Origin: Dromaius novaehollandiae
Lineage: Eukaryota
DNA length: 64,000 bases
NCBI RefSeq assembly: GCF_036370855.1
Contig: NC_088135.1
Coordinates: forward strand, 62,001 to 126,000
Reading direction: 5' to 3'
The translations under genes and the position numbers were made by a program. Below, one piece after another: positions 9,701-19,900 of the stretch (its first letter is position 1; each line of letters opens with the position of its first letter). The notes under the pieces are model-generated. The model did no database searches, was not told where the DNA came from, and saw nothing but the letters and a program-made list of their open reading frames with translations.

Positions 9701-12304
9701 CCGGGAAAGGGGCCCAGGCATCCGGGAGGGGCCCAGGCGTCCGGGATGGAGGGGCCCAGTTGTCCGGGACAGAAGGGGCCCAGGCGTCCAGGACGGAGGG
9801 GCCCAGGCGTCCGGGATGGGAGGGGCCCAGGCGTCCGGGACAGGAGGCACCCAGGTAACTGGGACCAAGGGGCCCAGGCGTCCCAGAAAGGGGCCCAGGC
9901 GTCCGGGGCAAGAGGGGCCCAGGCGTCCGGGAAGGGGCCCAGGCGTCCGGGACAAGAGGGGCCCAGGCGTCCGGGATGGGAGGGGCCCAGGTGTCCGGGA
10001 CGGAGGGGCCCAGGCGTCCGGGGCGAAGGGACCCAGGCGTCCGGGGAAGGGGCCCAGGTGTCCGGGAAAGGGGCCCAGGCGTCCGGGATGGAGGGACCCA
10101 GGCGTCCGGGACAACAGGGGCCCAGGCGTCCGGGACCAAAGGGACCCAGGTGTCCGGGACAAGAGGGGCCCAGGTGTCTGGGATGGAAGGGACCCAGGCG
10201 TCCAGGACAACAGGGGCCCAGGCGTCCGGGCTGAGGGGGCCCAGGTGTCCGGGACAGAAGGGGCCCAGGTGTCCGGGAAAGGGGCCCAGGCATCCGGGAC
10301 AAGAGGGGCCCAGGCGTCCAGCACCAAAGGGACCCAGGCGTCCGGGATGGGAGGGGCCCAGGTGTCCGGGACCAAAGGGACCCAGGCGTCCGGGATGGAA
10401 GGGGCCCAGGTAACCAAGACCAAGGGGCCCAGGCGTCCGGGGAAGGGGCCCAGGCGTCCGGGAAGGGGCCCAGGCGTCCGGGACAAGAGGGGCCCAGGCG
10501 TCCGGGATGGGAGGGGCCCAGGTGTCCAGGATGGAGGGGCCCAGGCATCCGGGGCGAAGGGACCCAGGCGTCCGGGGAAGGGGCCCAGGCGTCCGGGATG
10601 GAGGGACCCAGGCGTCCGGGATGGGAGGGGCCCAGGCGTCCGGGACCAAAGGGACCCAGGCGTCCGGGACAAGAGGGGCCCAGGTGTCCGGGATGGAAGG
10701 GGCCCAGGCGTCCGGGATGGGAGGGGCCCAGGCGTCCGGGACCAAAGGGACCCAGGCGTCCGGGACAAGAGGGGCCCAGGCGTCCGGGATGGGAGGGGCC
10801 CAGGCGTCCGGGACCAAAGGGACCCAGGCGTCCGGGACAAGAGGGGCCCAGGTGTCCGGGATGGAAGGGGCCCAGGTGTCCGGGACAGAAGGGGCCCAGG
10901 TGTCCGGGACAAAGGGGCCCAGGCGTCCGGGATGGGAGGGGCCCAGGTGTCCGGGACCGAAGGGACCCAGGTATCCAGGATGGAAGGGGCCCAGGTGTCT
11001 GGGATGGAAGGGGCCCAGGCGTCCGGGATGGAAGGGACCCAGGCGTCCGGGACAGGAGGCACCCAGGTAACCAAGACCAAGGGGCCCAGGCGTCCGGGGA
11101 AGGGGCCCAGGCGTCCGGGATGGGCCCAGGCGTCCGGGGTGAAGGGGCCCAGGCGTCCGGGACGGAGGGGCCCAGGCATCCGGGACGGGAGGCACCCAGG
11201 TAACCGGGACCAAGGGGCCCAGGCGTCCGGGGTGAGGGGGCCCAGGCGTCCAGGATGGAGGGGCCCAGGTGTCCGGGACAGAAGGGGCCCAGGTGTCCGG
11301 GAAAGGGGCCCAGGCGTCCGGGACAAGAGGGGCCCAGGCATCTGGGACAAGAGGGGCCCAGGCGTCCGGGAAAGGGGCCCAGGCGTCCGGGACAACAGGG
11401 GCCCAGGCGTCCGGGACAGGAGGCACCCAGGTAACCGGGACGGAGGGGCCCAGGCGTCCGGGGTGAGGGGGCCCAGGCGTCCAGGATGGAGGGGCCCAGG
11501 CGTCCGGGACAGAAGGGGCCCAGGTGTCCGGGAGGGGCCCAGGTGTCCGGGACAGAAGGGACCCAGGGGTCCGGGACCAAAGGGGCCCAGGCGTCCGGGA
11601 CAAGAGGGGCCCAGGCGTCCGGGCGCACCTGCAGCAGGAACTCGGGCTCGGCGGGCGCCAGCCTGCGGCAGAGCTCGGCCACCCGTCGCCGCAGCCCGTC
11701 CTGCCGCCGCTCCGGGTCGGTGCCGCCCACCAGCGCCGAGCACACGGCCGTCACCAGCTCCAGCTGCCGGCGAGAGGGGCCCAGGCATCCGGGTGAGGGG
11801 CCCAGGCGTCCGGGAAAGGGGCCCAGGTGTCCGGGGAGGGGCCCAGGCGTCCGGGAAAGGGGCCCAGGCGTCCGGGAAAGGGGCCCAGGTGTCCGGGAAA
11901 AGGGCCCAGGCGTCCGGGAAAGGGCCCAGGCATCCAGAAAGGGGCCCAGGCGTCCGGGAAAGGGGCCCAGGCGTCCGGGTGAGGGGCCCAGGCATCCAGG
12001 ATGAGGGGCCCAGGCATCCAGGAGGGGCCCAGGCGTCCGGGTTCCCCCCCCCAAAGGGCCCAGGCGTCCGGGAAGGGCCCAGGTGTCCAGTCCCCCCCCA
12101 CCCCAGATCCAGGCATTCAGGAGGGGCCCAGGTGTCCAAGGGGCCCAGGCGTCCGGGGCAGGGACGTAGGTGTCCAGGAGGGGCCCAGGCATCCGGGTCC
12201 CCCCCCCAAAGGGCCCAGGCGTCCGAGGGGCCCAGGCGTCCGGGCCGCACCTTCAGCGCTTCCACTTGCTCCGGGGCCTCCTCGGCGGCTCCGGGGGGCT
12301 CCAT
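1..12304 (-). CDS. TEP1: TEP1 (telomerase-associated protein 1 / TROVE-domain vault RNP protein), 5' part of gene; start codon at 12304, gene runs off the low end of the window
   Basis: Minus-strand exons translate to TROVE-domain sequence matching human TEP1 from memory. Ours: ...PCRPHLRRYLGAVVLLPCDWTAVARLYQ|SLAPDP...FAAFDLHQLGKY...; human: ACRPHLRRYFCAIVQLPSDWIQVAELYQSLAEGD...FAQFDEYQLAKY. Ours: LVRRLHVTQPPQHVRALLG; human: LVQRLHIHKPAQHVQALLG. Ours: TWRRLIAEGGPPGLALLRNL; human: VWEELIENGKLPFMAMLRNL. All exon boundaries are canonical GT/AG. Confidence 0.75.
900..1350. repeat. Five tandem ~80-100 bp units, each with a CRE-like TGACGTCA next to GC boxes (GGGGGCGGAAGTGACGTCAGAGACCCCGCCCCC)
   Basis: gggcggaagtgacgtca(g/c)agacccc at about 935, 1051, 1128, 1230 and 1308. 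This lies inside a TEP1 intron. Confidence 0.85.
1380..3540. repeat. CTCCCAGTG(C) family satellite of 9-12 bp units
   Basis: ctcccagtgctcccagtaacccctcccagtg... The same family recurs at 23000-24300 and 38340-40860 in the same orientation, and at 48310-51960 in the opposite orientation (ACTGGGAG). Confidence 0.9.
3554..3707 (-). CDS. TEP1: TEP1 exon: (G)PPPSRGSLVRRVLAGAGVAPPPSWGRRELRAALGVPGVRGALRRLRAQHR. The 3' boundary is approximate.
   Basis: Acceptor ctctcccgcag|GG. Similarity to human ..TLMRRILTRNEKNRPRRRFLCHLSRQQLRMAMRIPVLYEQLKREKLRVHKAR is loose. A phase-2 GT donor follows CGC CG|gtactg. Confidence 0.5.
3700..4610. repeat. GC-rich 20-21 bp minisatellite GGGGCCCAGGCGTCCGGGAA(A), G-rich orientation on the plus strand; a representative array
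   Basis: Direct tandem copies with A/G and C/T point variants. Further blocks in the same orientation include 7290-7800, 8000-8540, 8690-9390, 9570-11620 (24-27 bp variant), 11770-12230, 12330-13740 (about 40 bp variant), 17760-18480, 24480-25200, 33690-34230, 36990-37460, 37560-38180, 44850-45030 and 54090-55860. Confidence 0.95.
4603..4684 (-). CDS. TEP1: TEP1 exon: ATIAGSRLLPSQLLAAHEALGELGGGRG
   Basis: Acceptor cccccag|GCC, donor CGG G|gtgagcc, 82 nt. It matches human SVIHSRQFPFRFLNAHDAIDALEAQLRNQ. Confidence 0.65.
5435..5544 (-). CDS. TEP1: TEP1 exon: (A)EGGPPGLALLRNLRGLLGAGLDPPTLHGLLGRLEDP
   Basis: Acceptor ccgcag|CG GAG, donor CCG|gtaccg, 110 nt. It matches human ENGKLPFMAMLRNLCNLLRVGISSRHHELILQRLQH. 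Confidence 0.7.
6356..6458 (-). CDS. TEP1: TEP1 exon fragment with an internal frame change: ...RTWERALSAGG (one frame), then VPAHVTWRRLIG (another frame). The 3' end reads ATT G|gtgagtgg. The 5' boundary is uncertain.
   Basis: The upstream part matches human ETWERELSLRG. The downstream part plus the next exon gives TWRRLIAEGGPPGLALLRNL, matching human VWEELIENGKLPFMAMLRNL. The two halves lie in different frames on either side of a G7 run at about 6398-6404. Confidence 0.4.
6480..7140. repeat. The same minisatellite in the opposite orientation (CCCGGACGCCTGGGCCCCTT on the plus strand); a representative array
   Basis: Other C-rich-orientation blocks include 14150-14360, 14480-15180, 16260-17460, 36240-36880, 40970-41400, 43800-44290, 44500-44640, 52440-53890 and 63120-64000. 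Arrays of opposite orientation therefore flank several exons, for example OSGEP exons 5/6 between 16260-17460 and 17760-18480. Confidence 0.95.
7150..7268 (-). CDS. TEP1: TEP1 exon 6: LSRAKEPPPLPPSLFSLRSLVRRLHVTQPPQHVRALLGR(R)
   Basis: Acceptor ggggcag|CTG, donor CGC AG|gtaggg. It is 119 nt, phase 0 to phase 2. It matches human ..PPRFTLKKLVQRLHIHKPAQHVQALLGYR. Confidence 0.75.
7808..7906 (-). CDS. TEP1: Candidate TEP1 exon 5 (basic/Pro/Gln-rich linker): RPRGPPRRQQQQPPPTRPPARRLRPVLRAAESK
   Basis: It has a strong acceptor (ctgacc...polypyrimidine...ttcccccag|CGC) and a donor AAG|gtgccc. It is 99 nt, phase 0 at both ends as the flanking exons require. Similarity to the human basic linker (KRHPRRPPRSPG...) is weak. 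Confidence 0.4.
8551..8673 (-). CDS. TEP1: TEP1 exon 4: SLAPDPGVLAPLPRALRDALVRRFAAFDLHQLGKYRGRPGK
   Basis: Acceptor ccccgcag|AGC, donor AAG|gtgagtg, 123 nt. It matches human YQSLAEGD..PLPACLRTAMTDKFAQFDEYQLAKYNPRK. Confidence 0.8.
9401..9562 (-). CDS. TEP1: TEP1 exon 3: VALFARRELGLRAVSCFVVAAAAAAPPCRPHLRRYLGAVVLLPCDWTAVARLYQ
   Basis: Acceptor cccgcag|GTG, donor CAG|gtgcgc, 162 nt. The CRPHLRRY...LP.DW...A.LYQ motif matches the human TEP1 TROVE domain. Confidence 0.8.
11629..11763 (-). CDS. TEP1: TEP1 exon 2: LELVTAVCSALVGGTDPERRQDGLRRRVAELCRRLAPAEPEFLLQ
   Basis: Acceptor ccggcag|CTG, donor CAG|gtgcgc. It is 135 nt, phase 0 at both ends. The ...LAPAEPEFLLQ end resembles human ...LALLEPEFILK. 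Confidence 0.75.
12251..12304 (-). CDS. TEP1: TEP1 exon 1 (coding): MEPPGAAEEAPEQVEALK. Donor reads AAG|gtgcgg, phase 0
   Basis: The ATG is the reverse complement of cat at 12302-12304. The exon is 54 nt. Unlike human TEP1, no N-terminal TEP1 repeats precede the TROVE region. Confidence 0.65.
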
Positions 12305-13811
12305 GGCTCTGGGGGGGGGGCAGGAGTGAGGGCCCAGGCGTCCGGGAAAGGGCCCAGGCGTCCGAGGGGCCCAGGCGTCCGAGGGGCCCAGGCGTCCGGG
12401 CAGCTCCCGCCAGCTGCTTCCTCCTCGTCCTCAGGCCACGCCCCTGGGCGGGGCCGCTCGCTCCGGGCAACCTCTGCCCGGGAGGGGCCCAGGCGTCCGG
12501 GAGCTCCCATCCCCCGTCCCGAAGGGGCCCAGGCGTCCGGGACACCCCCACAAGGGGCCCAGGCGTCCGGGACTCCCCCCAAAAGGGGCTCAGGCGTCCG
12601 GGCAACCCCCAAGAGGGGCCCAGGCGTCCGGGACTCCCCCAAGAAGGGGCCCAGGCGTCCGGGCACCCCCCTAAAGAGGGGCCCAGGCGTCCGAGACTCC
12701 CCCCAGAAGGGGCCCAGGCGTCTGGGAGAGGGGCCCAGGCGTCCAGGACACCTCAGAAGGGGCCCAGGTGTCCGGGTCTCCCTCCTAAGAAGGGCCCAGG
12801 CGTCCGGGACTCCCCCAAAAAAGGGGCCCAGGCGTCCAGGCAACCCCCAAGAAGGGGCCCAGGCGTCCGGGACTCCCTCCTAAGAAGGGCCCAGGCGTCC
12901 GGGACATCCCCACAAGGGGCCCAGGCGTCCGGGCAACTCCCAAGAGGGGCCCAGGCGTCCGGGTCTCCCTCCTAGGAAGGGCCCAGGCGTCCAGGACACC
13001 CGCAAGAAGGGGCCCAGGCGTCCGGGACTCCCTCCTAGGAAGGGCCCAGGCGTCCGGGACACCCCCAAAAAGGGGCCCAGGCATCCGGGTCTCCCTCCTA
13101 GGAAGGGCCCAGGCGTCCGGGACACCCCCAAAAAGGGGCCCAGGCGTCCGGGCAACCCCCAGAAAGGGCCCAGGCATCCAGGACACCCGCAAGAAGGGGC
13201 CCAGGCGTCCGGGACTCCCCCCAGAAGGGGCCCAGGTGTCCGGGTCTCCCTCCAAAAGGGGCCCAGGCGTCCGGGACTCCCCCAAAAAAGGGGCCCAGGC
13301 GTCCAGGCAACCCCCAAGAAGGGGCCCAGGCGTCCGGGACTCCCTCCTAAGAAGGGCCCAGGCGTCCGGGACATCCCCACAAGGGGCCCAGGCGTCCGGG
13401 CAACTCCCAAGAGGGGCCCAGGCGTCCGGGTCTCCCTCCTAGGAAGGGCCCAGGCGTCCAGGACACCCGCAAGAAGGGGCCCAGGCGTCCGGGACTCCCT
13501 CCTAGGAAGGGCCCAGGCGTCCGGGACACCCCCAAAAAGGGGCCCAGGCATCCGGGTCTCCCTCCTAGGAAGGGCCCAGGCGTCCGGGACACCCCCAAAA
13601 AGGGGCCCAGGCGTCCGGGCAACCCCCAGAAAGGGCCCAGGCATCCAGGACACCCGCAAGAAGGGGCCCAGGCGTCCGGGACTCCCCCCAGAAGGGGCCC
13701 AGGTGTCCGGGTCTCCCTCCAAAAGGGGCCCAGGCGTCCGGACGCCCTTCCCCCCCCCCCGATCCCCCACGTACAAAAGAGGCGGAGCCAAGCGCCACAG
13801 GGGGCGGAGCC

Positions 13812-13817
13812 TTTATT
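13812..13817 (-). other. OSGEP: Polyadenylation signal AATAAA for OSGEP, about 70 nt downstream of its stop codon
   Basis: Plus-strand tttatt at 13812-13817 reads AATAAA on the minus strand. It is embedded in four GGGCGGAGCC repeats. Confidence 0.55.
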
Positions 13818-13884
13818 GGTGGGTGGAGCCTCCATCGTGGGCGGAGCCTGTTGTGGGCGGAGCCTCCGGGCGAGGGGGGCGGGG

Positions 13885-13924
13885 TCAATCGCGCCAGGTG
13901 ACCTCCACCTCGTCCGTGCGGTAG
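13885..13924 (-). CDS. OSGEP: OSGEP exon 11 (terminal): (R)[12 protein letters not shown]
   Basis: Acceptor ccccacag|C TAC. The TGA is the reverse complement of tca at 13885-13887. Confidence 0.85.
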
Positions 13925-16900
13925 CTGTGGGGAAAGGGGGCGGGGTTAGGGGGCGGGGCTTGCTGGAGCCCCGCCCCCCTCGGCGGGGTAGGGGGCGGGG
14001 CTTGGCGCCCGGACGCCTGGGCCCCTCTCACCGCTGGGTGACGCCGGAGCGGGCGATGTCGGTGACCTGCCCCGAGCGCAGCATCTCCCAGCCGGCCTGA
14101 GCGATCATGGCGCCGTTGTCCACGCAGAACCTGGGGGCGGGGCGGAGCTGGGACGCCTGGGCCCCTCGGCCGGACGCCTGGGCCCTTTCCTGGGACACCT
14201 GGATCCTTTCCCGGACGCCTGGGCCCCTCACTCGGACGCCTGGGCCCTTTCCCGGACGCCTGGGCCCCTCTCCCGGACGCCTGGGCCCTTTCCTGGATCC
14301 CTGTCTCCCTTCCCCGGACGCCTGGGCCCTTTTCCTGGACGCCTGGGCCCCTCCCCGGACGCCTGGGCCCCTCACCGCTCATCAGTGGCGCAGAGCCGGA
14401 TGCCCCGGGCGCTGCACATGGTTCCCAGCATCTCCTGGAGCCGCTCGTTACCTTGGGGGAGGGGGGAGAGAAACGAGGAGGGGTCAGAGGTCGGGCCCGG
14501 ACGCCTGGGCCCCTTTCCCGGACGCCTGGGCCCTTTTCCCGGACGCCTGGGCCCCTTTCCCGGACGCCTGGGCCCTTTTCCCGGACGCCTGGGCCCCTCT
14601 CCCGGACGCCTGGGCCCCTTCCCCGGACGCCTGGGCCCTTTTCCCGGACGCCTGGGCCCCTTTCCCGGACGCCTGGGTCCCTTTCCCGGCCGCCTGGGCC
14701 CCTTTCCCGGACGCCTGGGCCCCTTTCCCGGACGCCTGGGCCCTTTTCCCGGACGCCTGGGCCCCTTTCCCGGACGCCTGGGCCCCTCTCCCGGACGCCT
14801 GGGCCCTTTCCCGGACGCCTGGGCCCCTTTCCCGGACGCCTGGGCCCTTTTCCCGGACGCCTGGGCCCCTTTCCCGGACACCTGGGTCCCTTTCCCGGCC
14901 GCCTGGGCCCCTCATCCCGGACGCCTGGGCCCCTCTCCCGGACGCCTGGGCCCCTCTCCCGGACGCCTGGGCCCTTTTCCCGGACGCCTGGGCCCTTTCC
15001 CGGACGCCTGGGCCCCTTCCCCGGACGCCTGGGCTCCTCTCCCGGACGCCTTGGGCCCTTTCCCGGACGCCTGGGCCCCTTCCCCGGACGCCTGGGCCCC
15101 CTTTCCCGGACGCCTGGGCCCCTTTCCCGGACGCCTGGGCCCCTTCCCGGACGCCTGGGCCCCTCCCGGACGCCTGGGCCCCACGTACAGCCGACGCCGC
15201 CCACCAGCAGCACCTCGGGGCTCCGGCACTGGGCGGCCGCTCGCTCCGTCACCTCCACCAGCATCGCGAAGACCGTCTCCTGCGCCGGGGCCCCAAAATC
15301 CCCTCGATTCACCCCAAAATACCTCCCGGAACCCCCCCCCGACCCCCCCCAACCTTCCCGGAACAAAAACGCCTGAAATCGCCCCAAAAAACCCTCCCTC
15401 GGGGCCTTAAACACCCCCAAATAACCCAAAATACTCCAAAACGGCCCCAAAAATACCCCAGATTGGCCCAAATACCCCCAAATTACCCCCAAATTGCCCC
15501 AAATACCCCAAACTGCCCCAAATACCCCCAAAATGCCCCAAATTTCCCCAAATTACCCCCAAATACCCCCAAACTGCCCCCAAAACCCCTCGATGGCTTG
15601 AAATACCCCCAAATACCCATAAAATGCCCCAAATACACTCCAACTGCCCCAAATACCCCCAAAATTACCCCCAAAACCCTTCGATGGCTTCAAATACCCC
15701 CAAATTCCCCCAAATTCCCCCCAAAACCCTTTGATGGCTTCAAATATCCCCAAATACCCCCAAATTGGCCCAAATACCCCCAAATTACCCCCAAATTCCC
15801 CCAAATTCCCCCCAAAACCCTTTGATGGCTTCAAATATCCCCAAATACCCCCAAAATGCCCCAAATACCCCCAAATTGTCCCAAATACCCCCAAATTACC
15901 CCCCAAACACTTCAATGGCTTCAAATACCCCCAAATACCCCCAAAATGCCCCAAATACCCCCAAATTACCCCCAAATACCCCCAAATTACCCCCAAAACC
16001 CTTTGATAGCTTCAAATATCCCCAAATGCCCCCAAACTGCCCCAAATACCCCCAAATTACCCCCAAAACCCTTTGACGGCTTCAAATACCCCAAAATTCG
16101 CCCAAATTCGCCCAAACTCGCCCAAATTGCCCCCAAATGGCCCCGCCCCCCCCCCGCCCGGACGCCTGGGCCCCGGCGCCGACCTGCAGCGAGAAGCAGA
16201 GATCCTCGACGGTGGCTTCGCCCGAGGCCAGGAGCTGCGGGGCCACTGCCTGCGGGGGGACGCCGGGGCCCTCACCGGACGCCTGGGCCCCTTCCCGGAC
16301 GCCTGGGCCCTTTCCCGGACGCCTGGGTCCCTTTCCCGGATGCCTGGGCCCCTTTCCCGGACGCCTGTGCCCCTTCCCGGACGCCTGGGCCCCTTTCCCG
16401 GACGCCTGGGCCCCTCTCCCGGACGCCTGGGCCCTTTTCCCGGACGCCTGGGCCCTTTCCCGGACGCCTGGGCCCCTTTCCCGGACGCCTGGGCCCCTTC
16501 CCCGGACGCCTGGGCCCCTTTCCCGGACGCCTGGGCCCCTTTCCTGGATTCCTGCCCCCCTCCCCGGACGCCTGGGCCCCATTCCCAGACGCCTGGGCCC
16601 TTTTCCCGGACGCCTGGGCCCCTCCCGGATGCCTGGGCCCCTCTCCCGGACGCCTGGGCCCCTTTCCCGGACGCCTGGGCCCCTCCCCGGACACCTGGGC
16701 CCCTCTCCCGGATGCCTGGGCCCTTTCCCGGATGCCTGGGCCCTTTCCCGGACGCCTGGGCCCCTTTCCCGGACGCCTGGGCCCCTCTCCCGGACGCCGG
16801 GGCCCCTTTCCCGGACGCCTGGGCCCTTTCCCGGACGCCTGGGTCCCTTTCCCGGATGCCTGGGCCCCTTTCCCGGACGCCTGTGCCCCTTCCCGGACGC

Positions 16901-19900
16901 CTGGGCCCCTTTCCCGGACGCCTGGGCCCCTTTTCCCGGACGCCTGGGCCCTTTCCCGGACGCCTGGGCCCCTTTCCCGGACGCCTGGGCCCCTTCCCCG
17001 GACGCCTGGGCCCCTCTCCCGGACGCCTGGGCCCCTTTCCTGGATTCCTGCCCCCCTCCCCGGACGCCTGGGCCCCATTCCCAGACGCCTGGGCCCTTTT
17101 CCCGGACGCCTGGGCCCTTTTCCCCGGACGCTTGGGCCCCTCCCGGATGCCTGGGCCCCTCTCCCGGACGCCTGGGCCCCTTTCCCGGACGCCTGGGCCC
17201 CTCCCCGGACACCTGGGCCCCTCTCCCGGATGCCTGGGCCCTTTCCCGGACGCCTGGGCCCTTTCCCGGACGCCTGGGCCCTTCCCGGACACCTGGGCCC
17301 CTCTCCCAGGACGCCTGGGCCCCTTTTCCCGGACGCCTGGGCCCTTTTCCCGGACACCTGGGCCCCTCTCCGGGACGCCTGGGCCCCTCCCGGACACCTG
17401 GGCCCCTCCCGGACGCTTGGGCCCCTCCCCAGACGCCTGGGCCCCTCCCGGACGCCTGGGCCCCTCCCGGACGCCTGGGCCCCTCACCTCGATGTGCGAC
17501 AGGAGGCCGGAGAAGGAGACGTCGAGGCCCTTCACGACGTACGGCAGCTCCAGCAGCTTCGTCCCCCTGCGGCCGCAGCCCCCCCCGACCCCGTCAGGGG
17601 CCCAGGCGTCCGGGAAAGGGCCCAGGCGTCCGGGAGGGGCCCAGGCGTCCGGGACGCCGCCCTTCCCCCCCCCCCAACACTCACTTTTTAGCCAGTTGCT
17701 CGATGTTGTAGCCGGGACTGGGGTCGTTGGAGATCTGCGGGGGGAGGGCGGGAGTTGGCGGGGGCCCAGGCGTCCGGGAGGGGCCCAGGCGTCCGGGAAA
17801 GGGGCCCAGGCGTCCCAGAGAGGGCCCAGGCGTCCGGGAAAGGGCCCAGGTGTCCGGGGAGGGGCCCAGGCGTCCAGGGAGGGGCCCAGGCGTCTGGGAA
17901 AAGGGGCCCAGGTGTCCGGGAAAGGGGCCCAGGCGTCCGGGAAAGGGGCCCAGGCGTCCAGGGAGGGGCCCAGGCGTCCGGGAAAAGGGGCCCAGGCGTC
18001 CGGGAAGGGGCCCAGGCGTCCGGGAAAGGGGCCCAGGTGTCCGGGAAGGGGCCCAGGCGTCCGGGAAGGGGCCCAGGCGTCCGGGAAAAGGGGCCCAGGT
18101 GTCCAGGAAGGGGCCCAGGCGTCCGGGAGGGGCCCAGGCGTCCGGGAAAGGGGCCCAGGCGTCCGGGAAAGGGGCCCAGGTGTCGGGAAGGGGCCCAGGC
18201 GTCCGGGAAAAGGGGCCCAGGCGTCCGGGAAAAGGGCCCAGGCGTCCGGGAAAGGGGCCCAGGCGTCCGGGAAAAGGGGCCCAGGTGTCCGGGAAAGGGG
18301 CCCAGGCGTCCGGGGAGGGGCCCAGGCGTCCGGGAGGGGCCCAGGCGTCCGGGAAAGGGGCCCAGGCGTCCGGGGAAGGGGACAGGAATCTGGGGAGGGG
18401 CCCAGGCGTCCGGGAAAGGGGCCCAGGCGTCCGGGGAAGGGGACAGGAATCTGGGGAGGGGCCCAGGCGTCCGGGAAAGGGGCCCAGGCGTCCGGCACCT
18501 GCAGCCCCCGGGCGAAGCGATCCAGGCAGTTGCCCACGGCGACGTCCAAGGTTTCGCCCAGGATCCGGTAGCGGCGCCGCGAGAAGGCGATGACCTGGGG
18601 GGGAGAAAAACATGCGTGTCATCGCGTGTCATCGCATGTTATCACGTGTTATCATGTGTTATCGCGTGTTCTCCCACACCGATCCGTGTTATCCCGTGTG
18701 CCGCCCGCTCCCGCCGCCATGGCCGCCGCCACGGGCCTCTGTGTCCCCCCGGGAGCGATACATGTCACAGCGTGTTGTCACGTGTTATCGCGTGTTATCG
18801 CGTGTCGGCCCCCGCGACGCGGAGCGCAGGGTGGCCACGGCCTCCGTGTCGTTACGTGTAACCTCGCGGCCGCCATTTTGGCGTGCGGGGCGTCGCGTGT
18901 CGAGGCGTGTCGAGGCGTGTCGTTGGCGTGTACCTGCGTGTTGCCGCCGCTGACGTAGAGGACCAGGGGGTCGCGGGCGCCGCACACCAGCCGCCCCATC
19001 TCGATGTGCCCCACGCAGTGGTTGACCCCCAGCAGCGGCCGCCCCCACAGCTGCGCCAGCGTCCGGGCCACCGCCGCCACCGTCGCCAGCGGCGCCCCCA
19101 TGCCGGGGCCTGCCGAGCACACGCCAAGCACACGCTAAGGTCACGGGGGCCCCCCGCCACCCCCACACGCCTCCCGTGGGGCTGGGACACCGCTACGACC
19201 CTCCCCAGGGCCCCTGGGACACAAAATGGCTGCACATGTTAAGCACATGCTAAGAACATGCTAAGCACATGTGGCTCATTTGGTGCCCCATGGGCCTCCC
19301 ATACCCCCCACACGCCTCCCGTGGGGCTGGGACACCGCTACGACCCCCCCCAGGGCCCCTAGAATGTAATATGGCTGCACATGCTAAGCACATGCTAAGA
19401 ACATGCTAAGCACATGTGACCCATCTGGTGCCCCATGGGCCTCCCATACCCCCCACATGCCTCCCATGGGGCTGGGACACCGCTACGACCCTCCCCAGGG
19501 CCCCGGGACACAAAATGGCTGCACATGCTAAGCACATGCTAAGAACATGCTAAGCACATGTGACCCATTTGGTGCCCCATGAGCCTCCCATACCCCCCAC
19601 GGGTCTCCCATGGGGCTGGGACACCGCTATGACCCCCCCCAGGGCCCCTGGGACACAAAATGGCTGCACATGCTAAGCACATGCTAAGCACATGCTAAGC
19701 ACATGTGACCCATTTGGTGCCCCATGGGCCTCCCATACCCCCCACGGCTCTCCCATGGGGCTGGGACACTGCTACGACCCTCCCCAGGGCCCCTGGGACA
19801 CAAAATGGCTGCACATGCTAAGCACATGCTAAGCACATGCGACCCATTTAGTGCCCCATGGGCCTCCCATACCCCCCACGGGTCTCCCATGGGGCTGGGA

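Noticed and set aside
14372-14881. Collagen-like Gly-X-Y ORFs ([22 protein letters not shown]...)
   Set aside because: The Gly-X-Y periodicity is an artefact of the 21-bp (7-codon) minisatellite unit. The same DNA reads equally open on the opposite strand, and the sequence lies in OSGEP introns.
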